32,000 bases of DNA from Candidatus Poseidoniaceae archaeon (lineage in GTDB: Archaea; Thermoplasmatota; Poseidoniia; Poseidoniales; Poseidoniaceae): the NCBI GenBank assembly GCA_943789275.1, contig CALSTM010000002.1, forward strand, positions 510,001 to 542,000, read 5' to 3'. Below are positions 1 to 8,508 of the stretch, piece by piece. Each line of letters begins with the position of its first letter. Within the stretch, counting starts at the first letter, position 1. The notes under the pieces are model-generated. The model did no database searches. It was not told the DNA's origin and worked only from the letters and a program-made list of their open reading frames with translations. The translations under genes were made by a program, and so were the position numbers.

Positions 1-2223
1 GGCAATGGTTTGATGAATGAAATCGGTTAAAACATCACCCAAACGATCGACAAATGCCGTAATGCCTTCGCTGGAGAATACAAAAGTAATGTTTTCTGCA
101 CAGACCGGCATGTATTCTTTCATTTCATCGGTGCAGTAGTCGGAAAAGTTCAGCGTTCGAGTTAACGGAGAGGCCAACCGGCTGGAAATATCGACACCAA
201 GCCGTATCAAATCCGAAGGGATTGCTTCCATTCCAATACTGTGATTTTCAAACGTTGGAATACGGTCTTGAGGAATGCCGATACGGTGCAAAGCCACACT
301 GGCATCGAGGGCAAATTCCACCGAAACAGAACGGTCCCATTCATTGAAATCAAATTCCATAGCATCCAAGCCGCCAACGTTAGCGATACACGTTGATTGA
401 TTGGAATAACAAGCCACATCACCGTTTTCATTTTTGATAACATTGCGCCAATCGTATTGATTAACACCTGAAAAAGAAATACTGAGTTCGTCGTCGCCAT
501 TGAGGGATTCCTTCAATGTAATTCGATCCGAACCATCCATTGTTTGAATCCAGTCGGGGAGAATAATTTCCAATGTAAGTTCTGATGGAGGCAGATTGTC
601 AGGGATTATACCAGCAAGGAAGCCGCTGTCAAGTGAAGTTTGAAACTCGATACCTGAATTCATAACTCGCCGGAAATCCTCAGTAGAAAGTACATCCAGA
701 ACCTCTGCCACTTCCTCATTTTCATTGTTTTCTTTCATGATATCAAGCAAACGCATAGAGAACGGTTGGCTCGTTGTACGCAGGTAAACCGGATGTTCAT
801 AGGACATGGCTTTCGGGCCTTCGACACAATAGTACAACGGCTTGTTGGGTGGAACGATTTCTGTACATCCCGTTGAATGTGTGAAATTGAGACCGCCATC
901 TGGGCCAGAAATGCCTTCACCGGACGTCGTGTCAACCCATGTCATCGGGTTCATTTGAATCGTTTCCATTCCAGCCACCGTCGAGGAGATGCCTTCAGCA
1001 ATCGTATTTACCGGGAATTGAGTGGTGATGTTGGAAAGGTCCACGATATCGTTGTGATACGCAAGACGGATACCGTCGGATGTTACTTGATTCATCGTTG
1101 CGCGCTCGGCCACACTCATCATCGAGATGCCCCAATCGCTCATGGTCTCTTGATCCAAGTAGTGTAAAGCGACTATGAAGTCCAAGGATGCTGCCTCTTC
1201 AACTCTCAAATCAAGACGAATCTGTAAATCCAGTGCTTTTTCACCGTCCGGTATCACGACGGTGGAGGTGTCTGTTCTGTTCCGATGCACCATTTCGACT
1301 TCGATGGGTAAAGCGAGGTTGTCGTCGTTTTCTCCAGCGTTCCTGTGGTCAATCTCCCATTCACCCGCAAAATATGCTGGCGGTCCTGGGCGTGCTGCGC
1401 GAGTTCCGTTGGCATCAACGCTCTTGATGGTCGCGTAATCAGGAGGGTTAAACGAATACGAGGACTTGTGACCAGGAAGGCCGACCAGGTCGAACATTGT
1501 AGTCACTTCAGTACCCATCACAAGAAGTCCCTGGTATGCTCTCTCAAGGTCCAAATTAGAATTCGATGCGAGGTTGAAAGTGTCTGGGGAAAGAGTGATG
1601 TCGACGCTGCTTTGAATGCAGATGGGCGGTTCAAAGGCGTTGTTGGTTGTCGCTCCTTCATCAGAAGCATCGGTTAATTCATCGATAGAGCACTGAACAG
1701 TAACTCCGTCGTTGGTGAATGAGCTGACGTAATCGGTCATGGGTGAAGAGGCTGAACCAAAGCCTGATTCGACCGAATCTTCGATGGATTTATCGATTTC
1801 CGTAATCAGTTGGTCTTGCACTCGAACACCAGGTGAATTGGGCAGTGGAGTATTGAATTGATCTCGAATCAAGTCGGCTGGAGCACCATCTTTTGCATCG
1901 AGGCCGTCGTTTGCCAGTGCCAATTGAACCGCAGGTATACTGTCAAGTCCGAGTGCTGTGCGGTTAAACTCACGTATGGCCCAAACCAAATCGAGTCGGA
2001 TGGTTGAAGTGTCTTGAAGCGTGAAATCGTAAGTACCTTCAATCCAATCTTGACGATGAGGTGTTAAGTCTTCGTTGCTGTCGTATTCGTCGCATGCTGT
2101 TAGGCATGAGGTCATGTTGGCAGCTGAAACGAGAGGCGCATAAAGGTGCAAGGTCAAAACCAAAACAAGGAAGACGGGTACCGAAAAACTGAGACGGGCA
2201 GGTCGTTCGCCTGTGCGGGACAT
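1..2223 (-). CDS. Large secreted or membrane-anchored acidic protein, partial (C-terminus lies beyond the left edge)
   Basis: Absent from the supplied ORF track because it has no stop inside the window. Manual reverse-complement translation from ATG at 2223-2221 stays open for 741 codons down to position 1. The N-terminus MSRTGERPARLSFSVPVFLVLVLTLHLYAPLVSAAN looks like a signal peptide or anchor. The remainder is D/E/N/S/T-rich with scattered Cys. No family motif recognised. Plus-strand ORFs at 877-1677 are antisense to it. Confidence 0.7.
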   Translation of the reverse strand, partial: MSRTGERPARLSFSVPVFLVLVLTLHLYAPLVSAANMTSCLTACDEYDSNEDLTPHRQDWIEGTYDFTLQDTSTIRLDLVWAIREFNRTALGLDSIPAVQLALANDGLDAKDGAPADLIRDQFNTPLPNSPGVRVQDQLITEIDKSIEDSVESGFGSASSPMTDYVSSFTNDGVTVQCSIDELTDASDEGATTNNAFEPPICIQSSVDITLSPDTFNLASNSNLDLERAYQGLLVMGTEVTTMFDLVGLPGHKSSYSFNPPDYATIKSVDANGTRAARPGPPAYFAGEWEIDHRNAGENDDNLALPIEVEMVHRNRTDTSTVVIPDGEKALDLQIRLDLRVEEAASLDFIVALHYLDQETMSDWGISMMSVAERATMNQVTSDGIRLAYHNDIVDLSNITTQFPVNTIAEGISSTVAGMETIQMNPMTWVDTTSGEGISGPDGGLNFTHSTGCTEIVPPNKPLYYCVEGPKAMSYEHPVYLRTTSQPFSMRLLDIMKENNENEEVAEVLDVLSTEDFRRVMNSGIEFQTSLDSGFLAGIIPDNLPPSELTLEIILPDWIQTMDGSDRITLKESLNGDDELSISFSGVNQYDWRNVIKNENGDVACYSNQSTCIANVGGLDAMEFDFNEWDRSVSVEFALDASVALHRIGIPQDRIPTFENHSIGMEAIPSDLIRLGVDISSRLASPLTRTLNFSDYCTDEMKEYMPVCAENITFVFSSEGITAFVDRLGDVLTDFIHQTIA

Positions 2224-2274
2224 GGTACAGTCTTACCACGCCATGTTCAAAGTCGTTGCTCTCTTGGGGCAACC

Positions 2275-3447
2275 ATGTCTGGTTCAGATTCGATATCCGC
2301 CAGCTACAATGCTTTAGCATGCCCTTTGGAAAAAGGTGAGACGCTTCATCTGCTTCTTGATGAACATGATTTACTCGACTCGGGGTGGAGGCCAATGCGT
2401 AGGGGTGAGACGCTGTTGCTCCCTCTTAGGCTCGGAGTAGTGCCGGAACAATTCGAGGTCTTGGAAAACCTGTCTTTCGAAGTCATTTTTTCCCAAGAAG
2501 AATTCGAAAAAGCAGAACCATCAAATAACCCTCATGCTGCACTTCAACGGGGCATTGAGCGGTGGCTTCATGTCAATTTTGCCTCCGAAGAATTGGGTGC
2601 GCTCATCTCTCAACGTCCTCACAAGTGGGAGCGATTAGGAGATCTCATCGTCCTACCTGAGCAAGCGTTTGCAAGCTCCGAATGGGCAAAACTTCTGAAC
2701 CAATGTTCAGAGACGCAACTCGAATCCTTGTGGAGGTGCGTGACTGAAGCGCTTTCTGGAGGACGCTTAGCGCGCCAGCATTCCATCGCCAAAGATACCT
2801 TCCGTAGTTCACAAACAGAACTTCTGCTGGGAGACAACGGCTGGGTTGAATTTCTTGACCACGGCGTTCGGTTTGGTTTTGATGCAACCCAAGTGATGTT
2901 CTCTTCAGGCAACAATACCGAACGGCGACGAATTGGAAATATCTCAATGAACGGAGAAGTCGTCGTCGATGCTTATGCTGGCGTGGGGTATTACGCATTG
3001 CATATGGCGCATCGCAGTCAAGCGATGCTGGTGCATGCGTTTGAGATGAACCCGCATTCCATTGAAGGGCTTCAATGGGCGATAGAAGCCAACGGTTTGA
3101 AGGACAAAATCATCGTACATCAAGGCGATAATCAGCAACTGCTACCGCTGATTTACGGTCAAGCAGACCGATGTCACCTCGGACTTCTGCCTTCTACTGA
3201 GCGCGTCTGGGGACACGCCATTCAGTGCCTAAAGCCAAGTGGAGGTTGGTTGCATATCCACATGAATGTTCAAGAGAAAGACATCGAGAATTGGAAGGAA
3301 GAAACGCTCGAAGAATTGAGGAATTTGGCCGAGGCGCACGAGAGGAATTGGTCGATTGAATCTCAGCACTTGGAGAAAGTAAAGTGGTTCTCTCCAAGAG
3401 TTCGTCATGTGGTGCTCGATGTGTATTGCCAAAGCAGAGACGCTTGA
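2275..3447 (+). CDS. taw2: TYW2/Taw2-like tRNA wyosine-derivative aminocarboxypropyltransferase (Trm5/TYW2 superfamily)
   Basis: SAM-binding VVDAYAGVGYYALHMA, FEMNPHS, then HLGLLPSTERVWGHAIQCLKPSGGWLHIHMNV and C-terminal KVKWFSPRVRHVVLDVYC. As I recall, these match the TYW2/TRMT12 signature (LGLIPSSE..W....GG.LHIH.NV ... VKSYAPHV.H.VLDLEC). Start moved from GTG 2146, which overlaps the divergent gene, to ATG 2275. Confidence 0.72.
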   Translation: MSGSDSISASYNALACPLEKGETLHLLLDEHDLLDSGWRPMRRGETLLLPLRLGVVPEQFEVLENLSFEVIFSQEEFEKAEPSNNPHAALQRGIERWLHVNFASEELGALISQRPHKWERLGDLIVLPEQAFASSEWAKLLNQCSETQLESLWRCVTEALSGGRLARQHSIAKDTFRSSQTELLLGDNGWVEFLDHGVRFGFDATQVMFSSGNNTERRRIGNISMNGEVVVDAYAGVGYYALHMAHRSQAMLVHAFEMNPHSIEGLQWAIEANGLKDKIIVHQGDNQQLLPLIYGQADRCHLGLLPSTERVWGHAIQCLKPSGGWLHIHMNVQEKDIENWKEETLEELRNLAEAHERNWSIESQHLEKVKWFSPRVRHVVLDVYCQSRDA

Positions 3448-3448
3448 T

Positions 3449-4522
3449 TCACGAAATCGCGTCGTCGAGGAGGAAAGCGTCCAAACTAACGTTGGCATCC
3501 TGTCCCTCCAACATCAACGGCTGTTCGATTCGTGCAATATACAACCCAAGAACAGCGATAAGGAACAGAGCAACGAGTGTCAATTTGAAAAATGTACCCG
3601 ATACGTCAACAGAGAAAACAAAGAAGCCCTTGCTGTCACTCGAATCCTTGACAACACCTCGCAAAGTTCCGTCAGGGTCCGAAACACCAACCAAATCGAC
3701 GGTGATGATGAGCACTTCATTGATCGGACGGCCAAGTAAATCGGGTCCAGGGTTTTGGAAACCTTGAGCACTTGCTGGATTTGTGACGGTTGGTGAAGTT
3801 GCAATCCCTCGAACATGAACCATGCCGTCTCTTACAATTCCAAATACAGCATAACCTCCGTCATCACGGTTCTCAGGGTCGAGTCCATGTTGTTCGGAAT
3901 GTGCGATGTACCACTGGGAGTCCGCTGAATCTTCTTCTGCACCTCGAGCCATCCCCATTGCACCATCAACATGGGACAACTCTTCATGGTGTTCCAAAGG
4001 AATTGTGGTCCCGGTCCCACCGCTTCCACAGGTGGGCTCCAAAGGGTTTGTTGCCGGATAAACTCCGAACTTTTTGCAAGTGGGGTCGCCTGACTGAGCA
4101 ACAAAATCCTCTACCACTCGGTGAAAAAAGATGCCATTGTACACATCAGAATCAATATTTTTAATCATATTAGCAGTGGTTATGGGAGCCCTTTGTTCAA
4201 ACAATTCAAGTGTGATTCTGCCGGAAATACGTTCAGCACCCAGAGCCGGTACATACGACACTTGAATTTCAAAAATGGCGTTCCCTTGATACGTTTCTTT
4301 CATCGGAGTATCTTCTTCGACCGGCCCATCGTTCCACAAAGCCGGGTCGATACCGATTGAACGCCAAGCTGGCTGGTCGTCATCAGCGCTCGCAAATCCG
4401 ATTCCCCCGGAACTCATGAGCAGTAAGTTGAGAACGAGAACTACTGCAAGACGCCCTTTCATGCTACGCCGAGAGAGTACCCCCCCATGAATCGCTCGCT
4501 TCAATGGTCGAATCATCGGCAT
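3449..4522 (-). CDS. Cyclophilin-type peptidyl-prolyl cis-trans isomerase with N-terminal signal peptide and C-terminal transmembrane anchor
   Basis: Cyclophilin core motifs FFHRVVEDFVAQSGDP and AMGMARG....DSADSQWYI. N-terminal MKGRLAVVLVLNLLLMSSGG signal-like segment and C-terminal hydrophobic LTLVALFLIAVLGLYIA. Start ambiguous: TTG 4528, ATG 4522 or ATG 4462. Confidence 0.85.
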   Translation of the reverse strand: MPMIRPLKRAIHGGVLSRRSMKGRLAVVLVLNLLLMSSGGIGFASADDDQPAWRSIGIDPALWNDGPVEEDTPMKETYQGNAIFEIQVSYVPALGAERISGRITLELFEQRAPITTANMIKNIDSDVYNGIFFHRVVEDFVAQSGDPTCKKFGVYPATNPLEPTCGSGGTGTTIPLEHHEELSHVDGAMGMARGAEEDSADSQWYIAHSEQHGLDPENRDDGGYAVFGIVRDGMVHVRGIATSPTVTNPASAQGFQNPGPDLLGRPINEVLIITVDLVGVSDPDGTLRGVVKDSSDSKGFFVFSVDVSGTFFKLTLVALFLIAVLGLYIARIEQPLMLEGQDANVSLDAFLLDDAIS

Positions 4523-4553
4523 TGTCAAAAGTCAAGCCCGTTTTACTCGGTCC

Positions 4554-4952
4554 ATGAGTGATTTCACATTCCTTGGACAGACTGTTCCCCGATTGACCAT
4601 GCTGGTTGGAGGGGCCTTGGTGTTGGAAGGTGTTGGGTTTTACCTCGGTACCGGCATGACCAGTTTCACCTCAATGATTCCTGCCTTTTTCGGATTGCCA
4701 TTGATTGCAATGAGCATCATGGCAACCCGTCAACCTGAGCGTTCACATTTTTGGATGCACATCGCTGTTGTGTTTGGACTCTTGACCTTCCTTGGTGGAG
4801 GGATGGGGCTTCAAGGTCTGGTCACTGGAGACCTCTCTGCATCGACCGTAGCACAGTTGCTCATGTTGGTGATGGGTGGAGTCTACACTTTTGCTTGCAT
4901 TCGCTCCTTTACCCATGCTCGAAAAGCCCGTGAAGCAGCAAACGCAGCATGA
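4554..4952 (+). CDS. Small integral membrane protein (about 4 TM), unknown function
   Basis: 132-aa ORF with four hydrophobic segments. It sits in a consistent coding frame between flanking genes. No motif recognised. Confidence 0.6.
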   Translation: MSDFTFLGQTVPRLTMLVGGALVLEGVGFYLGTGMTSFTSMIPAFFGLPLIAMSIMATRQPERSHFWMHIAVVFGLLTFLGGGMGLQGLVTGDLSASTVAQLLMLVMGGVYTFACIRSFTHARKAREAANAA

Positions 4953-4997
4953 ACGCCGAAGCGTCATGCTCTTGATGGTTAATGCACTGGCAACATC

Positions 4998-6929
4998 ATG
5001 GCAGGTGACGCTGACGATGATGTGGAGGTCGTTTTAGACGCCATCATCGCTGATGCTCCGCAACAGAAAATCATTGCCGGTGGTATTGAAGAATTGAATC
5101 ATGGACGCCGACAACTGAACTTCTCAGCGGTTTCAACAATCGCTGTTTCTGTCGTGTTTTTGCTGCTGGCAATGACCTTTGGCGATGCGTTGGTGAAGTC
5201 ATCAAACGAGGAAAGTTTCAGCAGCGATTGGTGGGATACACCGCTTCAACTTCGCCATACTATGGACTTACCAATGGATACACTGCGAGCTCAATTGCCC
5301 GTAAACGGAACCTATGAAGCCTTACCATACACCGAACACTTCATCGAAGTAGAACTTCCAGCCAGTGAACAAGACGTTGGATTCCCTGGCCCAGCGCTGA
5401 TGCACATTGCTCTGTGGCTACCGAACGTCCCTGAAAGCGAAAAGATTCCAGTGATTATGACGATTCACCCCTACTACGACTTTGGAGGCGAAGGAATGCC
5501 CGGAGTCGGTGAAGATTCATCTCCAAATACCGTTCCTGACGGAGGCGTTGGTAAGTGGGTCTACGACACCTTCCTTCCACACGGCTACGCTTTTGCCCAA
5601 GCATCAACCTTTGGCACCGGTCAATCCACTCACTGCCAAGATGTCAAAGGTCTTGGCGAGCAAACCGGGATTCAAGCCGCAACCGATTGGCTGGGCCAAC
5701 AAAACTGGTCGAACGGTAACGTCGGACTCATGGGCAAATCCTATGCTGGAACGACAAATTGGGAGGCTGCCCAAAATCCATCGGAACATTTGAAGACAAT
5801 TGTACCTATTTCTGGCTCCATCGGCGTTCAAGAAATGTTCTATCGAAACGGCTCATCAGAAGCACGTGCTATGGGTTACGATGCTGCTTATCAAGCAGCA
5901 ACGACTGACCTCACCACCGATGATGTGCGCATGTGCAGTGACGACTTGGTTGGGCCGCTGAACCCTTGGAGTACATGGGGTTGGGCTGAGTTCGGTGGAG
6001 CAGACTGGTCCGATTACTGGGATGAACGCCGACATTTGCCGGATGTGCTCGAAAATTACAAGGGCAGCGTCTACATTGTTTGGGGGCTTCAGGATTGGAA
6101 CGTAGACCCATACCATGCTTTCCCAACCTATCAATTGCTGCGCGATGCTGGAATCAATACTCGAGCAATATCCGGTCAATGGGCCCACAACTACCCAGAC
6201 CAACCTGACCGACACAGCGAATTATCTTCCGGATACGGGTCTGAAGCATACCCGAACATGAGCAGAATGGATTGGGCTGTGGAACTGTTTGGATGGTTCA
6301 ACTATTATCTCAAAGACATTGGGGAAGAACCTGAACCTATGGTCCAAATCCAAACGAACGATGGACGATGGCACGTTGAAGAAACTTGGCCTCCCGAAGA
6401 CGTATCGCTGATGGTTCACGACCTCTCGAGTGATTGGAGCGGTGCATCCGGAACGGTCAACGGCGTAGGCTCATCCGTAACGATGACCAGTCCTGTATTT
6501 GACAATCAAACGCACATATCAGGACTTCCAACATTGCACCTTGAAGTGACAACACAAGTCTGCAACGGTGGACAAATCTTCGCTACGATGTATGACGACA
6601 CATCCAATTTACGTCTCGGTCATGCAACCATGGATATTCGATACCGCGATGGAGGATATGAAGCCAAAGCGACAGCACCTGGAACCGGCTATACGATGTT
6701 GATGGAGTTCAATCCCTTGGATGTGATCGTTCCTGCCGGCCATTCCCTACGTGTCGAATTAACAGAAACTGGAGAAGATTACCTCCCAGGGCCTTGCGCT
6801 GGAAACCCTCTTGGTGGATTGAGTATTGATGGAGGAACTATCGGTTTACCTCTTATTGACCGCCCGGTTGATGATGACCGTTGGTTCCTTTCCCCCCCAT
6901 GGTGGGACCAACAACCAATCCCGTCCTAA
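4998..6929 (+). CDS. CocE/NonD-family (peptidase S15, X-Pro dipeptidyl-peptidase-like) serine hydrolase, N-terminally anchored
   Basis: 643 aa. Nucleophile elbow GLMGKSYAGTT (GxSYxG, typical of S15/CocE). N-terminal TM VSTIAVSVVFLLLAMTF. Large C-terminal beta-rich domain typical of the family. Confidence 0.78.
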   Translation: MAGDADDDVEVVLDAIIADAPQQKIIAGGIEELNHGRRQLNFSAVSTIAVSVVFLLLAMTFGDALVKSSNEESFSSDWWDTPLQLRHTMDLPMDTLRAQLPVNGTYEALPYTEHFIEVELPASEQDVGFPGPALMHIALWLPNVPESEKIPVIMTIHPYYDFGGEGMPGVGEDSSPNTVPDGGVGKWVYDTFLPHGYAFAQASTFGTGQSTHCQDVKGLGEQTGIQAATDWLGQQNWSNGNVGLMGKSYAGTTNWEAAQNPSEHLKTIVPISGSIGVQEMFYRNGSSEARAMGYDAAYQAATTDLTTDDVRMCSDDLVGPLNPWSTWGWAEFGGADWSDYWDERRHLPDVLENYKGSVYIVWGLQDWNVDPYHAFPTYQLLRDAGINTRAISGQWAHNYPDQPDRHSELSSGYGSEAYPNMSRMDWAVELFGWFNYYLKDIGEEPEPMVQIQTNDGRWHVEETWPPEDVSLMVHDLSSDWSGASGTVNGVGSSVTMTSPVFDNQTHISGLPTLHLEVTTQVCNGGQIFATMYDDTSNLRLGHATMDIRYRDGGYEAKATAPGTGYTMLMEFNPLDVIVPAGHSLRVELTETGEDYLPGPCAGNPLGGLSIDGGTIGLPLIDRPVDDDRWFLSPPWWDQQPIPS

Positions 6930-6952
6930 TCCGTTGAATTTCTTCGATTTCT

Positions 6953-6964
6953 CCCTTTTTTGGG
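6953..6964 (+). terminator. Oligo-T tract (CCC-TTTTTT-GGG) downstream of the peptidase gene
   Basis: T6 run at 6956-6961, 27 nt after the stop at 6929. Archaeal termination typically uses oligo-T. A TATA-like CTAAAT at 6973-6978 follows, about 25 nt before ATG 7001. Confidence 0.35.
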
Positions 6965-7000
6965 TGAAAGGGCTAAATCAACCTGCACCATCGCTTTGAC

Positions 7001-7735
7001 ATGGCAAGTCCTACTGTAGACGATGCAGGTACAGTCTTGTTGACTGAAATCGCCAGCATTGGCCCGTATCTTGGGCCGATTATGCTTGCCATATCCCTGT
7101 TTTTAATGTTCAAAGGTCATGAAAAACTGCAACTTGTTGCTGGAATGACGGGTGCTGGAATTGGCTTCCTCATCACGCCGCTAACACATACGCTGGCCAC
7201 AGAATTCGGTGTTGAAATTCGACAACTGTACATCATGATCACGCTGATTGTCGTTTGCGGCGCATTCATGGCGGCAACCATACAATTGAGTATTCGATTG
7301 ATGGCTGGATTTTTGATTTACGTGAGCTTTGCCGGTGTCTTCGAGTTTCTCCAAGGAAAAGGAATCGAAGTTGTGGAAAGCGACATGATTCAAGGCGTGA
7401 TGGCTATTTTGGCCTTCTTCTCAGTTCGCTGGATGAGAAACGTGCTCCCAGTGTTGGTCTCTGGTCTGTTGGGCTCGATAGGGACAATGGGTGCTATGTT
7501 GCTGCTCACTGGAAATTCACTCACTTTGATGAGTCCTTCGAACAATTCAACGCTTGGAATGCTCTCTGTCTTATTCATTCTCAGTTTCTCATGGCAATAC
7601 AGCCAAATTCGTTCAAAGAAACTCAAATCAAATCAAGACCCAGACATGCCACAAATGCAACAAGTCAGTGGACAACAAATTCAAACTCGACAACGCAGAG
7701 CCGGCGACTTACCAGATTTGAGAGATTTTTCTTAG
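7001..7735 (+). CDS. Polytopic membrane protein with Q-rich C-terminal tail, unknown function
   Basis: 244-aa ORF with about 6 hydrophobic segments and the tail PQMQQVSGQQIQTRQRR. The alternative-frame ORF 7255-7836 lacks such features. Confidence 0.6.
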   Translation: MASPTVDDAGTVLLTEIASIGPYLGPIMLAISLFLMFKGHEKLQLVAGMTGAGIGFLITPLTHTLATEFGVEIRQLYIMITLIVVCGAFMAATIQLSIRLMAGFLIYVSFAGVFEFLQGKGIEVVESDMIQGVMAILAFFSVRWMRNVLPVLVSGLLGSIGTMGAMLLLTGNSLTLMSPSNNSTLGMLSVLFILSFSWQYSQIRSKKLKSNQDPDMPQMQQVSGQQIQTRQRRAGDLPDLRDFS

Positions 7736-7737
7736 AA

Positions 7738-8466
7738 TCAATCGTCGTAAGGCTGCCAGTCTTCTTGGCCTTCTTCTCGATACCACCAGTATCCATCTTC
7801 ATCTTCAAACCATTCGACGCCGTCTTCATCAACTGAATAGCCTTCCAATTCTTCATCCTCTTCGCTCTGTTCGAAGGCTTCCTCGTCCTCAGCGTTGGGG
7901 TCAACTAAACCCGTTTCTTGCGAAATCTGTTGTTTAAGGCGTTCTAATTCTTCAGTTTCGTCACCGAAAACTCTGTTCTCAGTCCGAATCTCTGCTTGAT
8001 GGTCACCTTTTCGAATGGCGTCATCGGATTCGGCCAAGAAATCGTCGCTCATTCGAGCTTTGAATTCTTCAAACTCGTCACGGCCATAACTGCCGACAAA
8101 CTCATTTCCCTTCGCTTGCATTAGATCATCGAGATTTTTTCGCTTTCCGAGTTTCAATTCAGGGGCGTCAGGAACTGCGCCAGCGTAGAAAGAATCCTCG
8201 TCTTCGGACAACTTGCCGAATGTTCGGTTCTCCGGGTCGGCCTCCTCGATGGCTTCAATGATGAGGTCGTGTTCTTCTTCATCGATGTTTTCTTGCTCAT
8301 AGTTTTCACCAACGATATTGACGAGTTTGTTGAGTGTTCGAGCAAGTTTTCGGTCGTCGTCTTCGTGCTCGGTAACAAGTTTGTCAACTTGTTTCAAGAG
8401 ACGTTCGTACGGCGTTCCGGTGAGAGCGCCAATGAATCGGCCAAACCCTCCCTTCTTCCTCGCCAT
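7738..8466 (-). CDS. Hyper-acidic protein with basic N-terminus and C-terminal Trp-rich WW-like motif
   Basis: Start set at ATG 8466 (MARKKGGFGRFIGALTG). The body is D/E-rich. C-terminus is GVEWFEDEDGYWWYREEGQEDWQPYDD (7741-7821). The track's longer version (to 8643) would overlap the divergent JAMM gene. Confidence 0.62.
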   Translation of the reverse strand: MARKKGGFGRFIGALTGTPYERLLKQVDKLVTEHEDDDRKLARTLNKLVNIVGENYEQENIDEEEHDLIIEAIEEADPENRTFGKLSEDEDSFYAGAVPDAPELKLGKRKNLDDLMQAKGNEFVGSYGRDEFEEFKARMSDDFLAESDDAIRKGDHQAEIRTENRVFGDETEELERLKQQISQETGLVDPNAEDEEAFEQSEEDEELEGYSVDEDGVEWFEDEDGYWWYREEGQEDWQPYDD

Positions 8467-8508
8467 GATGCTGCTTGGTTCGACCCTCTTCAAAGGTTTT
8501 ATCCCGCC

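Noticed and set aside
877-1677. Several 79-110-aa plus-strand ORFs at the left end of the window
   Set aside because: All are antisense to the 741-codon open frame that runs off the left edge. They are Arg/Ser/Cys-rich with no motifs.
7255-7836. 193-aa plus-strand ORF in an alternative frame of the 7001-7735 membrane-protein gene
   Set aside because: It overlaps two better-supported genes (the membrane protein and the acidic protein on the opposite strand) and lacks TM or any other features.
8269-8508. N-terminal extension of the first JAMM ORF, and the 8467-8643 extension of the acidic protein ORF
   Set aside because: Each extension overlaps the opposite-strand gene and translates to implausible sequence. 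The internal ATGs (8509 and 8466) give sensible N-termini and a 42-bp divergent spacer.
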